This document shows, piece by piece, positions 16,953-27,637 of a stretch of 60,946 nucleotides of DNA. Location of the stretch: positions 1 through 60,946 of the forward strand of contig JBHPHW010000002.1 in NCBI GenBank assembly GCA_042570105.1. Direction: 5' to 3'. Position 1 is the first letter of the stretch; each line of letters starts with the position of its first letter. The DNA comes from Candidatus Omnitrophota bacterium. GTDB taxonomy: Bacteria > Omnitrophota > Gorgyraeia > Gorgyraeales > Gorgyraeaceae. The translations under genes and the position numbers were made by a program. Below the pieces are notes generated by a model, which was not told the origin of the DNA, searched no databases, and saw only the letters and a list, made by a program, of their open reading frames with translations.

Positions 16953-18878
16953 TTACTGTTCTAGCGAGCGACGAAGCCGCCCCGCCAGGACTCCCTTTAT
17001 CTCTTTCTTGATTCTTTCTGTAGACAATCCGTATCTATCAAGTAAAATTGCCCTATCCCCATGTTCGATAAATCTATCAGGTAGTCCTATATTTTTTATA
17101 ACAATATCTTCTGGCATTTTATTGACAATGGATTCCAGAATAAATGTACCAAAACCGCCGCTCACTACCCCTTCTTCGATCGTAAAGAGTTTCTTTGTCT
17201 TTAAAATAGACTTGGATATTAATTCTACATCTAAAGGCTTAATAAATCTGGCATTTATAACTTCACAATCTATGCCTTCATCTAATAGGGACTCCGCCAC
17301 CTCTAATGAAATATAGGACATATAACCAACGCTGAGTATTGTCAGGTCCTTGCCTTCCCTTAATAACTCTCCCTTCCCGAGGCTGATACCAGGCACTGCC
17401 TTTCTCTCAGAAGAGCAAAATCGAGACAAATACCTCTCACCACGCGGATATCTTATGGCAATAGGCCCGTCATTATATGAAACAGCAAATCTAAACATCT
17501 CTTTTAATTCATCTTCATCCATCGGCGCCATGACCACCATATGCGGCAGATTCCTTAAGTATGCGATGTCAAACACGCCATGATGAGTCGGGCCGTCTTC
17601 TCCGACCAAACCCGCCCTATCCAACATAAATATTACATTGAGATTTTGAAGGCATACATCATGTATTATCTGGTCGTAAGAACGCTGCAGGAAAGTAGAA
17701 TAGATCGCTACCACTGGTTTTAATCCACCCCTCGCCAAGCCTGCCGCAAAACCTACTGCATGCTGCTCTGCCATCCCGACATCAAAAAATCTATCTGGAT
17801 ACACCTTTGAAAATCTATCCAGCCCTGTCCCTTCCGGCATTGCGGCAGTTATAGCTATGAGCCTTTTCTCAGTACTTGCAACATCAACTATTGCCTCGCT
17901 AAATGTATTTGTAAAACTTCTTTTAGGTACCGGGTCTTTTTCTTTCTCTCTACATAATTTCGCACCAGTAGCAACGTCAAACGACTCTACCCCATGAAAT
18001 TTCTCAGGAATCTTTTCTGCGTATGAATAACCCTTTCCCTTTTTTGTAATTACATGCAGTAGCACAGGTTCATTCATGTCTATAATATTTCTTAACGTAC
18101 TGACTACTGTACGTATGTCATTGCCGTCAATAGGCCCGAAATATCTAAATCCCATTTCCTCAAAGATCATTCCCGGGACCAAAAGATTCTTGAGCGCTTC
18201 CTCTAATCGCCTGGCGGAGCGGACCACCCTAAAGCCAAAACGCGGCACGCGCTTCAAAAGATGTTCTATGTCTTTCCTGATCTTGTTATAAATAGGCGTT
18301 GTTATGACCCTGTTTAAATATTTACTCAACGCTCCTACACTTTTGGATATACTCATCTCATTGTCATTAAGGATAACTAGGATTTTCTTGCGGAGGTGCC
18401 CTGCATGATTGAGCGCCTCAAATGCCATGCCTCCGCCCAAAGAAGCATCTCCTATAACAGCAGCCACTCTATATGCCTTTTCTTCCAGATCCCGGGCCGC
18501 AACCATACCCAACGCAGTAGAGATCGAAGTAGACCCATGACCTGTCGTAAAAACATCGAATTCACTCTCATATTTATTGGGAAAACCGCTTAGGCCATCG
18601 AGCTTACGCAGCGTATTAAATCTATCCTTCCTGCCGGTCAAGAGCTTATGGGCATACGCCTGATGGCCGACATCCCAGATAATCTTGTCTAGGGGCGCAT
18701 TCAAACAATAATGGATCCCTATTATAAGTTCTGTAGCGCCGAGCGAAGAGGCCAAATGTCCGCCCGAAGAGGATACTGTCTTTATGATAGTATCCCTTAC
18801 TTCTTGCGCTAGGATCTTTAACTCATCCAAGCTGAGTTTTTTTAAATCATCTGGGTTATTTATATTATCTGACAACAT
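16953..18878 (-). CDS. dxs: 1-deoxy-D-xylulose-5-phosphate synthase
   Basis: GGHLASSLGATEL, GDASLGGGMAFEALN and the transketolase-like C-terminal half. Conserved xseB-ispA-dxs gene order. Confidence 0.95.
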   Translation of the reverse strand: MLSDNINNPDDLKKLSLDELKILAQEVRDTIIKTVSSSGGHLASSLGATELIIGIHYCLNAPLDKIIWDVGHQAYAHKLLTGRKDRFNTLRKLDGLSGFPNKYESEFDVFTTGHGSTSISTALGMVAARDLEEKAYRVAAVIGDASLGGGMAFEALNHAGHLRKKILVILNDNEMSISKSVGALSKYLNRVITTPIYNKIRKDIEHLLKRVPRFGFRVVRSARRLEEALKNLLVPGMIFEEMGFRYFGPIDGNDIRTVVSTLRNIIDMNEPVLLHVITKKGKGYSYAEKIPEKFHGVESFDVATGAKLCREKEKDPVPKRSFTNTFSEAIVDVASTEKRLIAITAAMPEGTGLDRFSKVYPDRFFDVGMAEQHAVGFAAGLARGGLKPVVAIYSTFLQRSYDQIIHDVCLQNLNVIFMLDRAGLVGEDGPTHHGVFDIAYLRNLPHMVVMAPMDEDELKEMFRFAVSYNDGPIAIRYPRGERYLSRFCSSERKAVPGISLGKGELLREGKDLTILSVGYMSYISLEVAESLLDEGIDCEVINARFIKPLDVELISKSILKTKKLFTIEEGVVSGGFGTFILESIVNKMPEDIVIKNIGLPDRFIEHGDRAILLDRYGLSTERIKKEIKGVLAGRLRRSLEQ

Positions 18879-18893
18879 AGTCGTTTGCTTTTC

Positions 18894-19706
18894 CTAAGCT
18901 TGCCTTTCTAAAATAAGATCTGCGATCTCTTTTAATCTGCGGGCCTTTTTTTCAAAAATCTTCAAGTGGCCCTTTGCCCTTTCAGTCAAAACCTCTGCCC
19001 TTTTCCTAGCATAACGAGCGCCGTAAATCTCAACATACCCATCTCCATCTATTAAATCATCTATAAGCTGAAATGTAAATCCAATACATCTGCCAAAATT
19101 ACCAAGTTCGTCTCTCTTTTTCCTGCTAACACCTTTAAATATACCTGCCGCCTTTACAGCTGTCTCAAAAAGCGCTCCTGTCTTGTGGCTGGCAATATAA
19201 TCTAATTCACTCTTTTCTTTTTTTGCCTCTCTCTCATGCCTTAATATATCTACAACCTGGCCTCCTACAGTGCCGCCAGTACCTATGGCCCTTGAAATCT
19301 CCTTCACTATATCCACATTGCCTGATTCTGAAAGCAGCTCGAAACTTAGAGTTAAAAGCGCATCCCCTGCTAAAAGTGCAAGGCCCTCATTAAATTTTTT
19401 ATGGCAGCTTGGCCTACCGCGCCTAGAATCATCATTATCCATATATGGCAGATCATCATGGATAAGAGTATATGTATGTATAAGCTCTATTGCGCAGGCA
19501 ACTGGCAGGATTGAGGAGACTCTACCCCCACAGGCCTCGAAGCTTGCAAGGGTCAATACTGGCCTTATCCTCTTACCCCCGGGAAACACGGCATATCGCA
19601 TTGCATTATGGATCACTTGGGGTTTCGCTTTTGAAGAAGGAAGATACCTATCTAACGCATTATCGATAAGTTTCTTTTTGTCTAGGATGTATTGCGTTAT
19701 ATCCAT
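18894..19706 (-). CDS. ispA: polyprenyl (farnesyl/geranylgeranyl) diphosphate synthase
   Basis: First Asp-rich motif IHDDLPYMDNDDSRRG and second FQLIDDLID. The start overlaps the xseB stop (TAATG). Confidence 0.9.
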   Translation of the reverse strand: MDITQYILDKKKLIDNALDRYLPSSKAKPQVIHNAMRYAVFPGGKRIRPVLTLASFEACGGRVSSILPVACAIELIHTYTLIHDDLPYMDNDDSRRGRPSCHKKFNEGLALLAGDALLTLSFELLSESGNVDIVKEISRAIGTGGTVGGQVVDILRHEREAKKEKSELDYIASHKTGALFETAVKAAGIFKGVSRKKRDELGNFGRCIGFTFQLIDDLIDGDGYVEIYGARYARKRAEVLTERAKGHLKIFEKKARRLKEIADLILERQA

Positions 19707-19927
19707 TATTCCTCGAATGGCTCAAGAGACAGCTTGCTGCCTTTTTTAACAAGGATCTCCACTTTACGTTTTGTCTCATCCAGGCGTTTTCTACAAAGCC
19801 TGAGAAGCTTTACTCCTTCTTCATACTTCTTTAATGACTTCTCTAGCGGCATCTGACCACTCTCCAGGTCATCTGTGATCTGTTCTAATCTTTTCATCAT
19901 CTCTTCAAATTTTACTTCTTTTGACAT
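19706..19927 (-). CDS. xseB: exodeoxyribonuclease VII small subunit
   Basis: 73 aa, FEEMMKRLEQITDDLESGQMPLEKSLKKYEEG. Confidence 0.9.
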   Translation of the reverse strand: MSKEVKFEEMMKRLEQITDDLESGQMPLEKSLKKYEEGVKLLRLCRKRLDETKRKVEILVKKGSKLSLEPFEE

Positions 19928-19958
19928 ATCTTCGCCCCCCTACCTTTACAGACGTTTC

Positions 19959-21098
19959 TTATCTTACAATCTGCTCGACCCTGCTCTTGAAAATTCCTCT
20001 CGAGAGTTTAGTTTCGACCATATCCCCTCTCTTAAGAGATCTACCGTCTTTAATGATCTCTTTTCCAGGAAGTTTAAAACTGATGCTATATCCCCGCCCT
20101 AAGATACCCAAAGGGCTCAATATCTCTATCTTTTCAGAAACCAACCTAAAGTCCCCTTCTTTCAATTCAATATAATGCTTAAATCTTAAAGCCAGATTTT
20201 TTTCTATCTCATCCAGGCGCTGCTCGTATTCTTCTATGATATCCAGAGGGTATTTTTTAAGTCTTTTTTCAATGTCATCCAATCTTTCGATAAGCTCGCT
20301 TTTATCGGCAATAACACGTTCTGCCGCAACAGAAGGCGTAGGCGCCCTTAGATCCGCCACAAAATCACTAATAGTCCAGTCTATCTCATGACCCACTGCG
20401 CTTATAATAGGCACTTCTGATCTATAAATCGCCCTTGCAACTATTTCCTCATTAAATGCCCATAGATCTTCCAAACTCCCTCCGCCTCTCCCCACTATAA
20501 TAACATCTACATTGGTAAGCCTATTGAAATCTTCTATGGCATCAGCTATCTCTTGCTTGGCTCCTTCGCCCTGCACCCTTACAGGATTTATAATAATCCC
20601 TACATTGGAAAATCTCCTCTTTAACACATTAAGCATATCTCTTACAGCAGCCCCTGTCGGGGATGTTATTATCCCTATTCTATCCGGAACTACTGGAATT
20701 GGTCTTTTGCGGGATTCGTCAAAAAGCCCTTCCTTAAAAAGTTTTTCTTTTAACTGCTCAAATGCAAGCTGTAACGCCCCGATGCCCTTCGGCTCCATTT
20801 TTGTGACCTTTAACTGATATTGTCCGTATTTCTCGTATATAGATATCCCTCCAAAACAGACTACATGCATTCCGTCTTTTATCTCAAATTTTACCTTTTC
20901 ATTGTATCTCTGAAAAAAAGTACAGTTTAACTTGCTCCTATCGTCTTTTAAAGTAAAATAAAAATGGCCTGAAGAATGAGCGGTGAAATTCGATATCTCT
21001 CCTTCGACCCATATATTTGAAAAAGAGTCTTCCAGGACGATCTTTATGCCCGAAGTGAGTTCGCTTACCTTGTATATGTATTTAGCGTCCTGGACCAT
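19959..21098 (-). CDS. xseA: exodeoxyribonuclease VII large subunit
   Basis: N-terminal OB fold (VWVEGEISNF...HFYFTLKD) and catalytic core (GRGGGSLEDLWAFNEE). Confidence 0.9.
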   Translation of the reverse strand: MVQDAKYIYKVSELTSGIKIVLEDSFSNIWVEGEISNFTAHSSGHFYFTLKDDRSKLNCTFFQRYNEKVKFEIKDGMHVVCFGGISIYEKYGQYQLKVTKMEPKGIGALQLAFEQLKEKLFKEGLFDESRKRPIPVVPDRIGIITSPTGAAVRDMLNVLKRRFSNVGIIINPVRVQGEGAKQEIADAIEDFNRLTNVDVIIVGRGGGSLEDLWAFNEEIVARAIYRSEVPIISAVGHEIDWTISDFVADLRAPTPSVAAERVIADKSELIERLDDIEKRLKKYPLDIIEEYEQRLDEIEKNLALRFKHYIELKEGDFRLVSEKIEILSPLGILGRGYSISFKLPGKEIIKDGRSLKRGDMVETKLSRGIFKSRVEQIVR

Positions 21099-21099
21099 A

Positions 21100-21882
21100 C
21101 TATAGGTAATCCTTCAGTCTCTCTTTCACCCTTTCCATGGAAACTGCCTTTCCGCTCTCCTCGTCTATATCAACTATCGCGCCTTGAAGCTCTACATCCT
21201 TATCTGCCATCTCAAATTTTGCAGGCATACATGTAATGAAATGTTCTATGATAACTTCGACCTTACGGCCTATCACTGAATCCTGAGCGCCTGTCATGCC
21301 TACATCTGTAATATAGGCGCTATGTTGCGGCAAGATCTTTTCATCCGCGGTCTGGACATGTGTATGGCTTCCAAATATAGCGCTCACCTCTCCGTCTAAA
21401 AATCTTCCCAGGGCGATCTTTTCACTCGTGGCTTCTGCATGCATGTCTACTACGATTATTTTTGTATCTTTCTTGATCTTCTCGAGCTCTCTTTTTGCCG
21501 CCTTGAATGGGCAATCAATATGATTCATGAAAACCCTTCCGAGGACATTTACCACGCCTACCACTTTACCTGAATTTGATTTAATGAGGGTCGCGCCTCT
21601 GCCAGGACACATTTCTGGAAAATTTGCCGGCCTTAAAATCCTCGTGTCTTTCTCTAGCCTTCCGTACATCTCCTTTTTCTTCCAGACATGGTCTCCTGAG
21701 GTCAATACATCCACCTGGCTATTTAATACCTCATCAGCAGTATCGGATGTCAGACCAGAGCCTCCGGCGATATTCTCAGCATTGCCAATTACAAAATCTA
21801 TGCCCTTCGACTTACGAAGCTCAGGGATTATCTTTTTAATAGCTTCCCTGCCGGGACGACCGACTATATCACCTACCAGCAA
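21100..21882 (-). CDS. YmdB-like metallophosphoesterase (TIGR00282 family)
   Basis: GDIVGRPGR, NAENIAGGSGLT, DMHAEATSEK, GSHTHVQTADE, DVGMTG. The track start is a TTG. In-frame CTG (21891) or ATT (21894) behind a GAGAGG are possible alternative starts. Confidence 0.85.
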   Translation of the reverse strand: MLVGDIVGRPGREAIKKIIPELRKSKGIDFVIGNAENIAGGSGLTSDTADEVLNSQVDVLTSGDHVWKKKEMYGRLEKDTRILRPANFPEMCPGRGATLIKSNSGKVVGVVNVLGRVFMNHIDCPFKAAKRELEKIKKDTKIIVVDMHAEATSEKIALGRFLDGEVSAIFGSHTHVQTADEKILPQHSAYITDVGMTGAQDSVIGRKVEVIIEHFITCMPAKFEMADKDVELQGAIVDIDEESGKAVSMERVKERLKDYL

Positions 21883-21910
21883 TATCTTCAGAATAACCTC
21901 TCTCGAACGA

Positions 21911-21952
21911 CTATGGGAGTCGGGAACCCATATGGGTTCCTGACTCCCATAG
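21911..21952. repeat. REP-like element, full palindrome (one G:T mismatch)
   Basis: CTATGGGAGTCGGGAACCCA-TA-TGGGTTCCTGACTCCCATAG, between the rny stop and the ymdB-like start. Confidence 0.8.
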
Positions 21953-21960
21953 CACCATTT

Positions 21961-23532
21961 TTATTTCGCGTATTCTATCGCTCTTGTCTCTCTGATCACA
22001 GTTACCTTTATTTGACCGGGATACTCAAGGCCCTCTTCGATTTTTTTTCTTATCTCTCTTGAAAGCCCTATTGCCTGCAAGTCAGTGATCTTATCGGGCT
22101 GCACGATTATCCTTATCTCCCTACCCGCTTGTATTGCAAAGGTCTTTTCAACACCTTTAAATGAATCTGCTATTGATTCTAATCTCTCAAGACGTTTTAC
22201 ATAATTTTCAAGTGATTCCCGTCTTGCCCCAGGTCTTGTTGCGCTGACCGTATCCGCAGCCTGCAAAAGCACTGCATAGACAGAGGTCGGCTCCTCCTCC
22301 TCATGATGAGATAGTATCGCATTGAGGATCTCTTTTGACTCCCCATATTTTCGTGCTAGATCTGCCCCGATCTTTGCATGAGGACCTTCTATTTCGTGAG
22401 TCACTGCCTTTCCGATGTCGTGTAAAAGGCCTACCCTCTTTGCTAGATTAACATCTAATCCTAACTCTCCAGCCATGACCCCCATAATAAGACTGACCTC
22501 TTTTATATGCTGCAAGGCATTCTGACCATAGCTGGTCCTGTATTTTAGTCTACCTATGAGTCTTACGATCTCGGGATGCACGCGCTGAAGGCTTAACTCA
22601 AAAACAGTGCGCTCGCCTTCCTCTTTTATAGCCTTATCGATCTCCTGTTTTGCTTTATTCACAACTTCTTCTATGCGTCCGGGATGGATCCTACCATCTC
22701 GCAGGAGTCTTTCAAGGCTTATCCTGGCTATCTCGCGTTTTACAGTATCAAAACATGAGAGTATAACGGCCTCCGGCGTATCGTCAATAATCACATCGAC
22801 CCCTGTAGCAATCTCAAGTGCGCGTATATTTCTGCCTTCCCTGCCTATGATCCTGCCCTTCATCTCGTCATTTGGCAGCGCCACCACAGACACGGTAGTA
22901 TTTATCACATGTTCGGCAGCGCACTTCTGTATGGCAGTTGTAAGGATCTCTTTTGAGTTTCTTTCGGCAGATTCCTTTGCCTTATCTTGTATCTGTTGAA
23001 AAAGTTTTTGCGCCTCTCTCTGCGCATCGTATTCTATCCTCTGCAAAAACAATTTCTTTGCCTCTTCGACGCTGAGGCCCGAAATCCTCTGGAGTTTTTG
23101 CCTCTCCTCTGCGATGAGCCCCGAAAGCTCACTATATCTCCTCTCGATCGACTTCTCCTTATCTACTAAAAGACCCTCTCTTTTTAAGATGTCTCTCTCT
23201 TTCTTCTCAAGTATGTCTACTTTTCGCTCTATATTTTCTTCTTTCTGAGCGATCCTCTTCTCTAGATTTGAAAGTTCATTGCGCCTATCCTTTGTCTCTC
23301 GCTCAAAATCTGAACGTAGCTTGAATTTCAAGTCCTTTACTTCAAGCTCAAGCTCCTTCTTCTTGTTACCTAATTCCTTTTTTGACTCTTCGAAAAGTTT
23401 CTTAGCCCTCTCTTCGGCCTCCCTCAGATGTCTCTCTGAAAAAAACTTCCTTATAAAATATCCTGCAAAAAACGTCAGTATAAAAACCAACACTTCTACA
23501 GCATAAACAATGATCTTCAAGTTTGAATCCAT
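21961..23532 (-). CDS. rny: ribonuclease Y
   Basis: N-terminal TM helix, coiled coil, KH domain ([15 protein letters not shown]) and HD domain (LLHDIGK). Start set to ATG 23532, behind AGGAGGTG; the track start is a GTG inside that SD. Confidence 0.9.
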   Translation of the reverse strand: MDSNLKIIVYAVEVLVFILTFFAGYFIRKFFSERHLREAEERAKKLFEESKKELGNKKKELELEVKDLKFKLRSDFERETKDRRNELSNLEKRIAQKEENIERKVDILEKKERDILKREGLLVDKEKSIERRYSELSGLIAEERQKLQRISGLSVEEAKKLFLQRIEYDAQREAQKLFQQIQDKAKESAERNSKEILTTAIQKCAAEHVINTTVSVVALPNDEMKGRIIGREGRNIRALEIATGVDVIIDDTPEAVILSCFDTVKREIARISLERLLRDGRIHPGRIEEVVNKAKQEIDKAIKEEGERTVFELSLQRVHPEIVRLIGRLKYRTSYGQNALQHIKEVSLIMGVMAGELGLDVNLAKRVGLLHDIGKAVTHEIEGPHAKIGADLARKYGESKEILNAILSHHEEEEPTSVYAVLLQAADTVSATRPGARRESLENYVKRLERLESIADSFKGVEKTFAIQAGREIRIIVQPDKITDLQAIGLSREIRKKIEEGLEYPGQIKVTVIRETRAIEYAK

Positions 23533-23651
23533 ACAAAACACCTCCTGACTATATATATTATGTAGGAGTATGGTTTTTTATAGGCCCGTCTATAGTTACA
23601 GCACCTGATTAGGTACTCTCAAGAGGCGCATAAGCACACACTCTTACATTA

Positions 23652-24212
23652 TCAATTGGTAATAACCCTGGTAAGGGAGATGTCGCTTTTTGTGGTAGGT
23701 ATCTTCTTTAATAACTGGAATCTAAACCCAAGACCTATCTTTGGCGTATCTTCTGGCAGACGCTTTAAAAACCGATCGTAATAGCCCTGCCCATGACCAA
23801 GTCGGTTATTTTTATTATCAAATGCAAGGCCAGGCACTATCACCAGATCTATGTCTTTTATTCTGACAGGTCTTCTACGCTTAGACTCCCTTATTTCATA
23901 AATACCATACGGGCCTTTTCTTAGGCCCTGTTTAGGATCTTCTAAACACACAGGTTTTATTATCCTTTTTTTTACCAAAGTAACCGGCAACACTACGCTT
24001 TTTCCCTTACCAAGGGCCTTTTTTATTATAGGCCCTGTTTCGACTTCTTTCGTCCCCTTGGAAACATAAAGCATTATACACTTTGACGAAAGAAATTCGC
24101 TTTGCCTAAATATCTTTTTCTGTATTATTCTACTCTTTTTTCTCCTTTCTGATAGTCTTTGAGAATTGAGTCTATGTTTAATCTTTTTTCTTAAGAGCTC
24201 CTTTTTATTCAT
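23652..24212 (-). CDS. 5-formyltetrahydrofolate cyclo-ligase
   Basis: GLAFDNKNNRLGHGQGYYDRFL motif. The start overlaps the upstream stop (ATGA). Confidence 0.85.
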   Translation of the reverse strand: MNKKELLRKKIKHRLNSQRLSERRKKSRIIQKKIFRQSEFLSSKCIMLYVSKGTKEVETGPIIKKALGKGKSVVLPVTLVKKRIIKPVCLEDPKQGLRKGPYGIYEIRESKRRRPVRIKDIDLVIVPGLAFDNKNNRLGHGQGYYDRFLKRLPEDTPKIGLGFRFQLLKKIPTTKSDISLTRVITN

Positions 24213-25861
24213 TGTTTACTTATTTTATCCCACTGAAGTGCGCCTAAGACAGCCTGCGCGACATTCGTGAGATGATCCCCTATCTTCTCAAGATTATTGA
24301 CAAAATCCAGAAATATGACACTTGAAAGAGGCGTGCATTCTCTGTTATTTAACCTGCGGATGTGATTTGCCCTCAATTCCAATTGAAGCCTATTTATCTC
24401 TTCTTCTCTTTTGAGCGCAGCATTTGCTCGTTCTTTGTCTTGTGAAAGAAAGGATTCTTTTACATCCTCCATCATACTATCAACCTCATGGTAGATATTG
24501 TTCAACTCTTTGATTGCCGTATCGCTAAATGGCAATTTCTCCTCGATCGCCCTTTCTACGAGCTCTGCAAGATTCTCTGCGTGGTCACCAATTCTCTCTA
24601 CGTCATTTACTGAATGTAAAAGAACTGGTAATTTCTCAGACTCCTCAGGTGTCAACTCCCTCTGAGAAATCTTCACTACATAATTCGTTATCTCAGACTG
24701 CAGATTATCTATTGCATTCTCCTTTGCGCTTACGTCTTTCAAAAATCTTGCCTCTTTATCAAAAAAGGCCCTCATCGCTTCTCCGACAGCAAGTCTTGAG
24801 ATATCTAACATTCTCACGATCTCTCTGACAGACTGCTCAAGCGCTATTGAAGGTGTAGCCAATAAATGTTCTTCCAAGTATTCGGGCTGGGCACGATCCA
24901 GCTCTACTTCTCCGGGGACTAAAAGAACGGATACTTTTTCAACTAAACCTATTAGAGGTATAAAAATCATGGTAGCAAGGACATTGAATGCTGTATGGGC
25001 ATTTGCAACGTGTCTCATTATATTATCATCGGTCATGTTTCCAGGCGTTATAATATCTATAAATCTTTGAAACACGCCGCTATAGATAAGAGGCAACATA
25101 ATCAATACCCCCATCGTCTTCTCCATAGTATGCGCCATGGCTACCCTGCGGCTCGAAATACTCGTACCTATAGAAGCTAATTGAGCGGTAACAGTGGTTC
25201 CGATATTACTCCCAAGCATTGCTGCTATGGCAGTTGTAAGATCTATTACACCCACAAGGGCCAAGGCCATTATAAAACCTACTATAGCGCTTGAAGATTG
25301 CAAAAGTAATGTCAGCGCAAGTCCAGCAAGTATTCCCAATAAAGGATTTGAACTGAATCTAACAAAAAAATCTGAAACCACCTGCATTTCTTTTAATGGA
25401 GCAAAGATCTGTTTTATGACTACCAGGCCAAAGAATAAAAGTCCAAAACCCAAGAGCACCTGTCCCCAAAACTTGATCTTTCTCTGCTTTCCAAGAAACA
25501 TAAGAGCAAAACCAACACCTATTGCAGGGAGAGCGTATGTATCTAGGCGAAACGCTATCAATTGCGCAGTAATCGTGGTCCCGATATTTGCGCCCATATT
25601 TACGCCTATTGCCTGACGAAGGCTCATAAGCCCTGCATTAACAAAACCTATCATCATAACACTGGTCGCGCTAGAAGACTGGATTATTGCAGTAACAGAC
25701 GCCCCTACTAAAACCCCTTTAAGAGGCTTATCTGTTAAAAATTTCAAAATCTCTTTGAGTTTTGCGCCAGCAACTTTCTGAAGGCCCTCGGACATAAGCG
25801 TCATACCAAATAAAAGAAGCCCTAACCCGCCTATTAGCCCAAAACTTATTTCTTTAACCAT
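24209..25861 (-). CDS. Na/Pi cotransporter family protein with C-terminal PhoU-like repeats
   Basis: Duplicated QSSSA(T/I) membrane repeats. Two IGDH(A/L)xN helices in the C-terminal third. Confidence 0.85.
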   Translation of the reverse strand: MVKEISFGLIGGLGLLLFGMTLMSEGLQKVAGAKLKEILKFLTDKPLKGVLVGASVTAIIQSSSATSVMMIGFVNAGLMSLRQAIGVNMGANIGTTITAQLIAFRLDTYALPAIGVGFALMFLGKQRKIKFWGQVLLGFGLLFFGLVVIKQIFAPLKEMQVVSDFFVRFSSNPLLGILAGLALTLLLQSSSAIVGFIMALALVGVIDLTTAIAAMLGSNIGTTVTAQLASIGTSISSRRVAMAHTMEKTMGVLIMLPLIYSGVFQRFIDIITPGNMTDDNIMRHVANAHTAFNVLATMIFIPLIGLVEKVSVLLVPGEVELDRAQPEYLEEHLLATPSIALEQSVREIVRMLDISRLAVGEAMRAFFDKEARFLKDVSAKENAIDNLQSEITNYVVKISQRELTPEESEKLPVLLHSVNDVERIGDHAENLAELVERAIEEKLPFSDTAIKELNNIYHEVDSMMEDVKESFLSQDKERANAALKREEEINRLQLELRANHIRRLNNRECTPLSSVIFLDFVNNLEKIGDHLTNVAQAVLGALQWDKISKQ

Positions 25862-26252
25862 CTTTCCTCTTCTTCTTTTCTATATAATCATTTATCGCTG
25901 ACCTAAGCGCCTCTTCTGCCAGAACCGAACAATGCATCTTTATAGGAGGCAAGCCGCCTAGCGCCTCTGCAACAGCCCTATTAGAAATCTTCAGCGCCTC
26001 TTCGATGGTCTTTCCCTTTACAATCTCTGTCACCATGCTGCTTGTGGCAATAGCGGCGCCGCATCCAAAAGTCTTGAATTTGGCATCGACAATCTTATCA
26101 TCCTTGACTTTTATATAGAGCCTCATGATATCTCCGCAAACAGCATTTCCGACATTGCCTATGCCATCTGCATCGGGGATGTCTCCTACATTCTGTGGAT
26201 TTTTAAAGTGCTCCATTACCTTTTCACTGTATTGACTGCTAAAGCCATCCAT
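25854..26252 (-). CDS. NifU/IscU-type Fe-S cluster scaffold
   Basis: YSEKVMEHFKNPQNVG, AVCGD, GCGAAIA, HCSVLAE (three cluster-ligand Cys). Confidence 0.85.
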   Translation of the reverse strand: MDGFSSQYSEKVMEHFKNPQNVGDIPDADGIGNVGNAVCGDIMRLYIKVKDDKIVDAKFKTFGCGAAIATSSMVTEIVKGKTIEEALKISNRAVAEALGGLPPIKMHCSVLAEEALRSAINDYIEKKKRKDG

Positions 26253-26263
26253 AATATGTTCTC

Positions 26264-26923
26264 CTACTTTTCTTTTATGACAATATTTCTTGGTTTATTT
26301 CTCTTGGAATAATCCTTTGCTGGTTTTAGATTTTTCAGATTCTGAAGTTCGTTAAGTTCTTTGAGCCTATTGTATATTAGTATCCATGCGCAATCCTTTT
26401 CTTTGTCTACCTCACACTTTCCCTTATCTGAACCGCCGCAAGGCCCATTTAAAAGCCCCTTTGCGCATACTGTCACAGGACATATCCCGCCTGTAATATT
26501 AAGGACACACTCTCCGCACATACTGCATCTTTCAAAAAATCCCAACCCTGTTTTATCCAAAATAGACCCAAACATCGTATCGCACCCTATATAAACAGGC
26601 CTTTTCGCCCTATCGTTTTCTAAGACAGACTGGATCCCCAGCCCGCACGCAAGGATTAAAAATGCCTCCGCTTCATCAACCGCCTTCCTATTTTTGGCAA
26701 AGTGTAGCTTTACCTGGCTTGCGATACACGGCGAATCAGGTATAGCGTATCCTGTAACTATTTTCCCTTTCTCCTCAAGCAGCTTCTTCATCTCTATTAC
26801 TTCTTTTTCTCCGCCGGTCTTGCAAGTCGCAGCACATTCCCCGCACCCCACTATAAAGATCTTCTTTTTAGGACCAAGGAATTTCAATATCTCTTCAAAT
26901 TGTTTTTTCTGGGTGACTATCAT
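26264..26923 (-). CDS. Cys-rich protein with a methylenetetrahydrofolate reductase C-terminal-like (MetV-type) domain
   Basis: CSMCGECVLNITGGICPVTVCAKGLLNGPCGGSDKGKCEV..CAW pattern. AAGGAGAG Shine-Dalgarno. Confidence 0.65.
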   Translation of the reverse strand: MIVTQKKQFEEILKFLGPKKKIFIVGCGECAATCKTGGEKEVIEMKKLLEEKGKIVTGYAIPDSPCIASQVKLHFAKNRKAVDEAEAFLILACGLGIQSVLENDRAKRPVYIGCDTMFGSILDKTGLGFFERCSMCGECVLNITGGICPVTVCAKGLLNGPCGGSDKGKCEVDKEKDCAWILIYNRLKELNELQNLKNLKPAKDYSKRNKPRNIVIKEK

Positions 26924-26932
26924 AATCTCTCC

Positions 26933-27466
26933 TTATAACAACTCCTTTATATCCTCCTCAAACACCCTTTTATGCGTAAATCCTCTGTATTTTTTTCTTA
27001 TCCCGCCTTCTCTATCAATAAGAAATGTCGTAGGTATAGATACTATCCCTCCATATAAAGCATCGACCTTCCCGTCCCCTAAAAGGATAGGATAATTTAT
27101 CTTATTTTCCTCTATAAAAGGACCGATTATCTTATCTGGATTCTGGTCCAGCGCTATCCCTATTATCTCTAGGCCCTCGTCTTTATACTCATCGTAGAGC
27201 TCGATAAAATCTGGGATCTCGGCTCTACATGGCGGACACCAGCTGGCCCAAAAATTAAGCACTATTACACTGCCTTTAAAATCGGACAATCTTTTCTCAT
27301 CTCCATTTACATCCAAAAGCGTAAAATCAGGCGCTTCCTTAAAGGCCCCTTCTTCGAGTTCAGCATTAAGCTCTGAGATGCCGCCTTTATTCACAAGTTT
27401 TACGACGCTAAATATAATCGTAATGGAGAGTATAAGAAATATGATGATAACGAATTTATTCTTCAT
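26933..27466 (-). CDS. TlpA/ResA-like membrane-anchored thiol:disulfide oxidoreductase
   Basis: N-terminal TM helix and FWASWCPPCRAE thioredoxin motif. Confidence 0.85.
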   Translation of the reverse strand: MKNKFVIIIFLILSITIIFSVVKLVNKGGISELNAELEEGAFKEAPDFTLLDVNGDEKRLSDFKGSVIVLNFWASWCPPCRAEIPDFIELYDEYKDEGLEIIGIALDQNPDKIIGPFIEENKINYPILLGDGKVDALYGGIVSIPTTFLIDREGGIRKKYRGFTHKRVFEEDIKELL

Positions 27467-27637
27467 TTTTCTCCTTCTGCGGTAAGTGTCCTAAGGGACT
27501 TATTAGTTTTATATTTTATGTATTGAGACAAAAAGGGATAAAGTGCAGCGAGGGAGAGAAAGGCCAAAATTTCAACGGCAAAGGATATGACAATAAAGAC
27601 TTCGCTTCCGTTACATACACTATTCTTCCGCTAAACG

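Noticed and set aside
27467-27637. Possible small gene or ncRNA in the 171-bp gap upstream of the TlpA-like gene.
   Set aside because: Only a 15-codon ORF with poor context and no convincing promoter or hairpin. Treated as a plain intergenic/promoter region.
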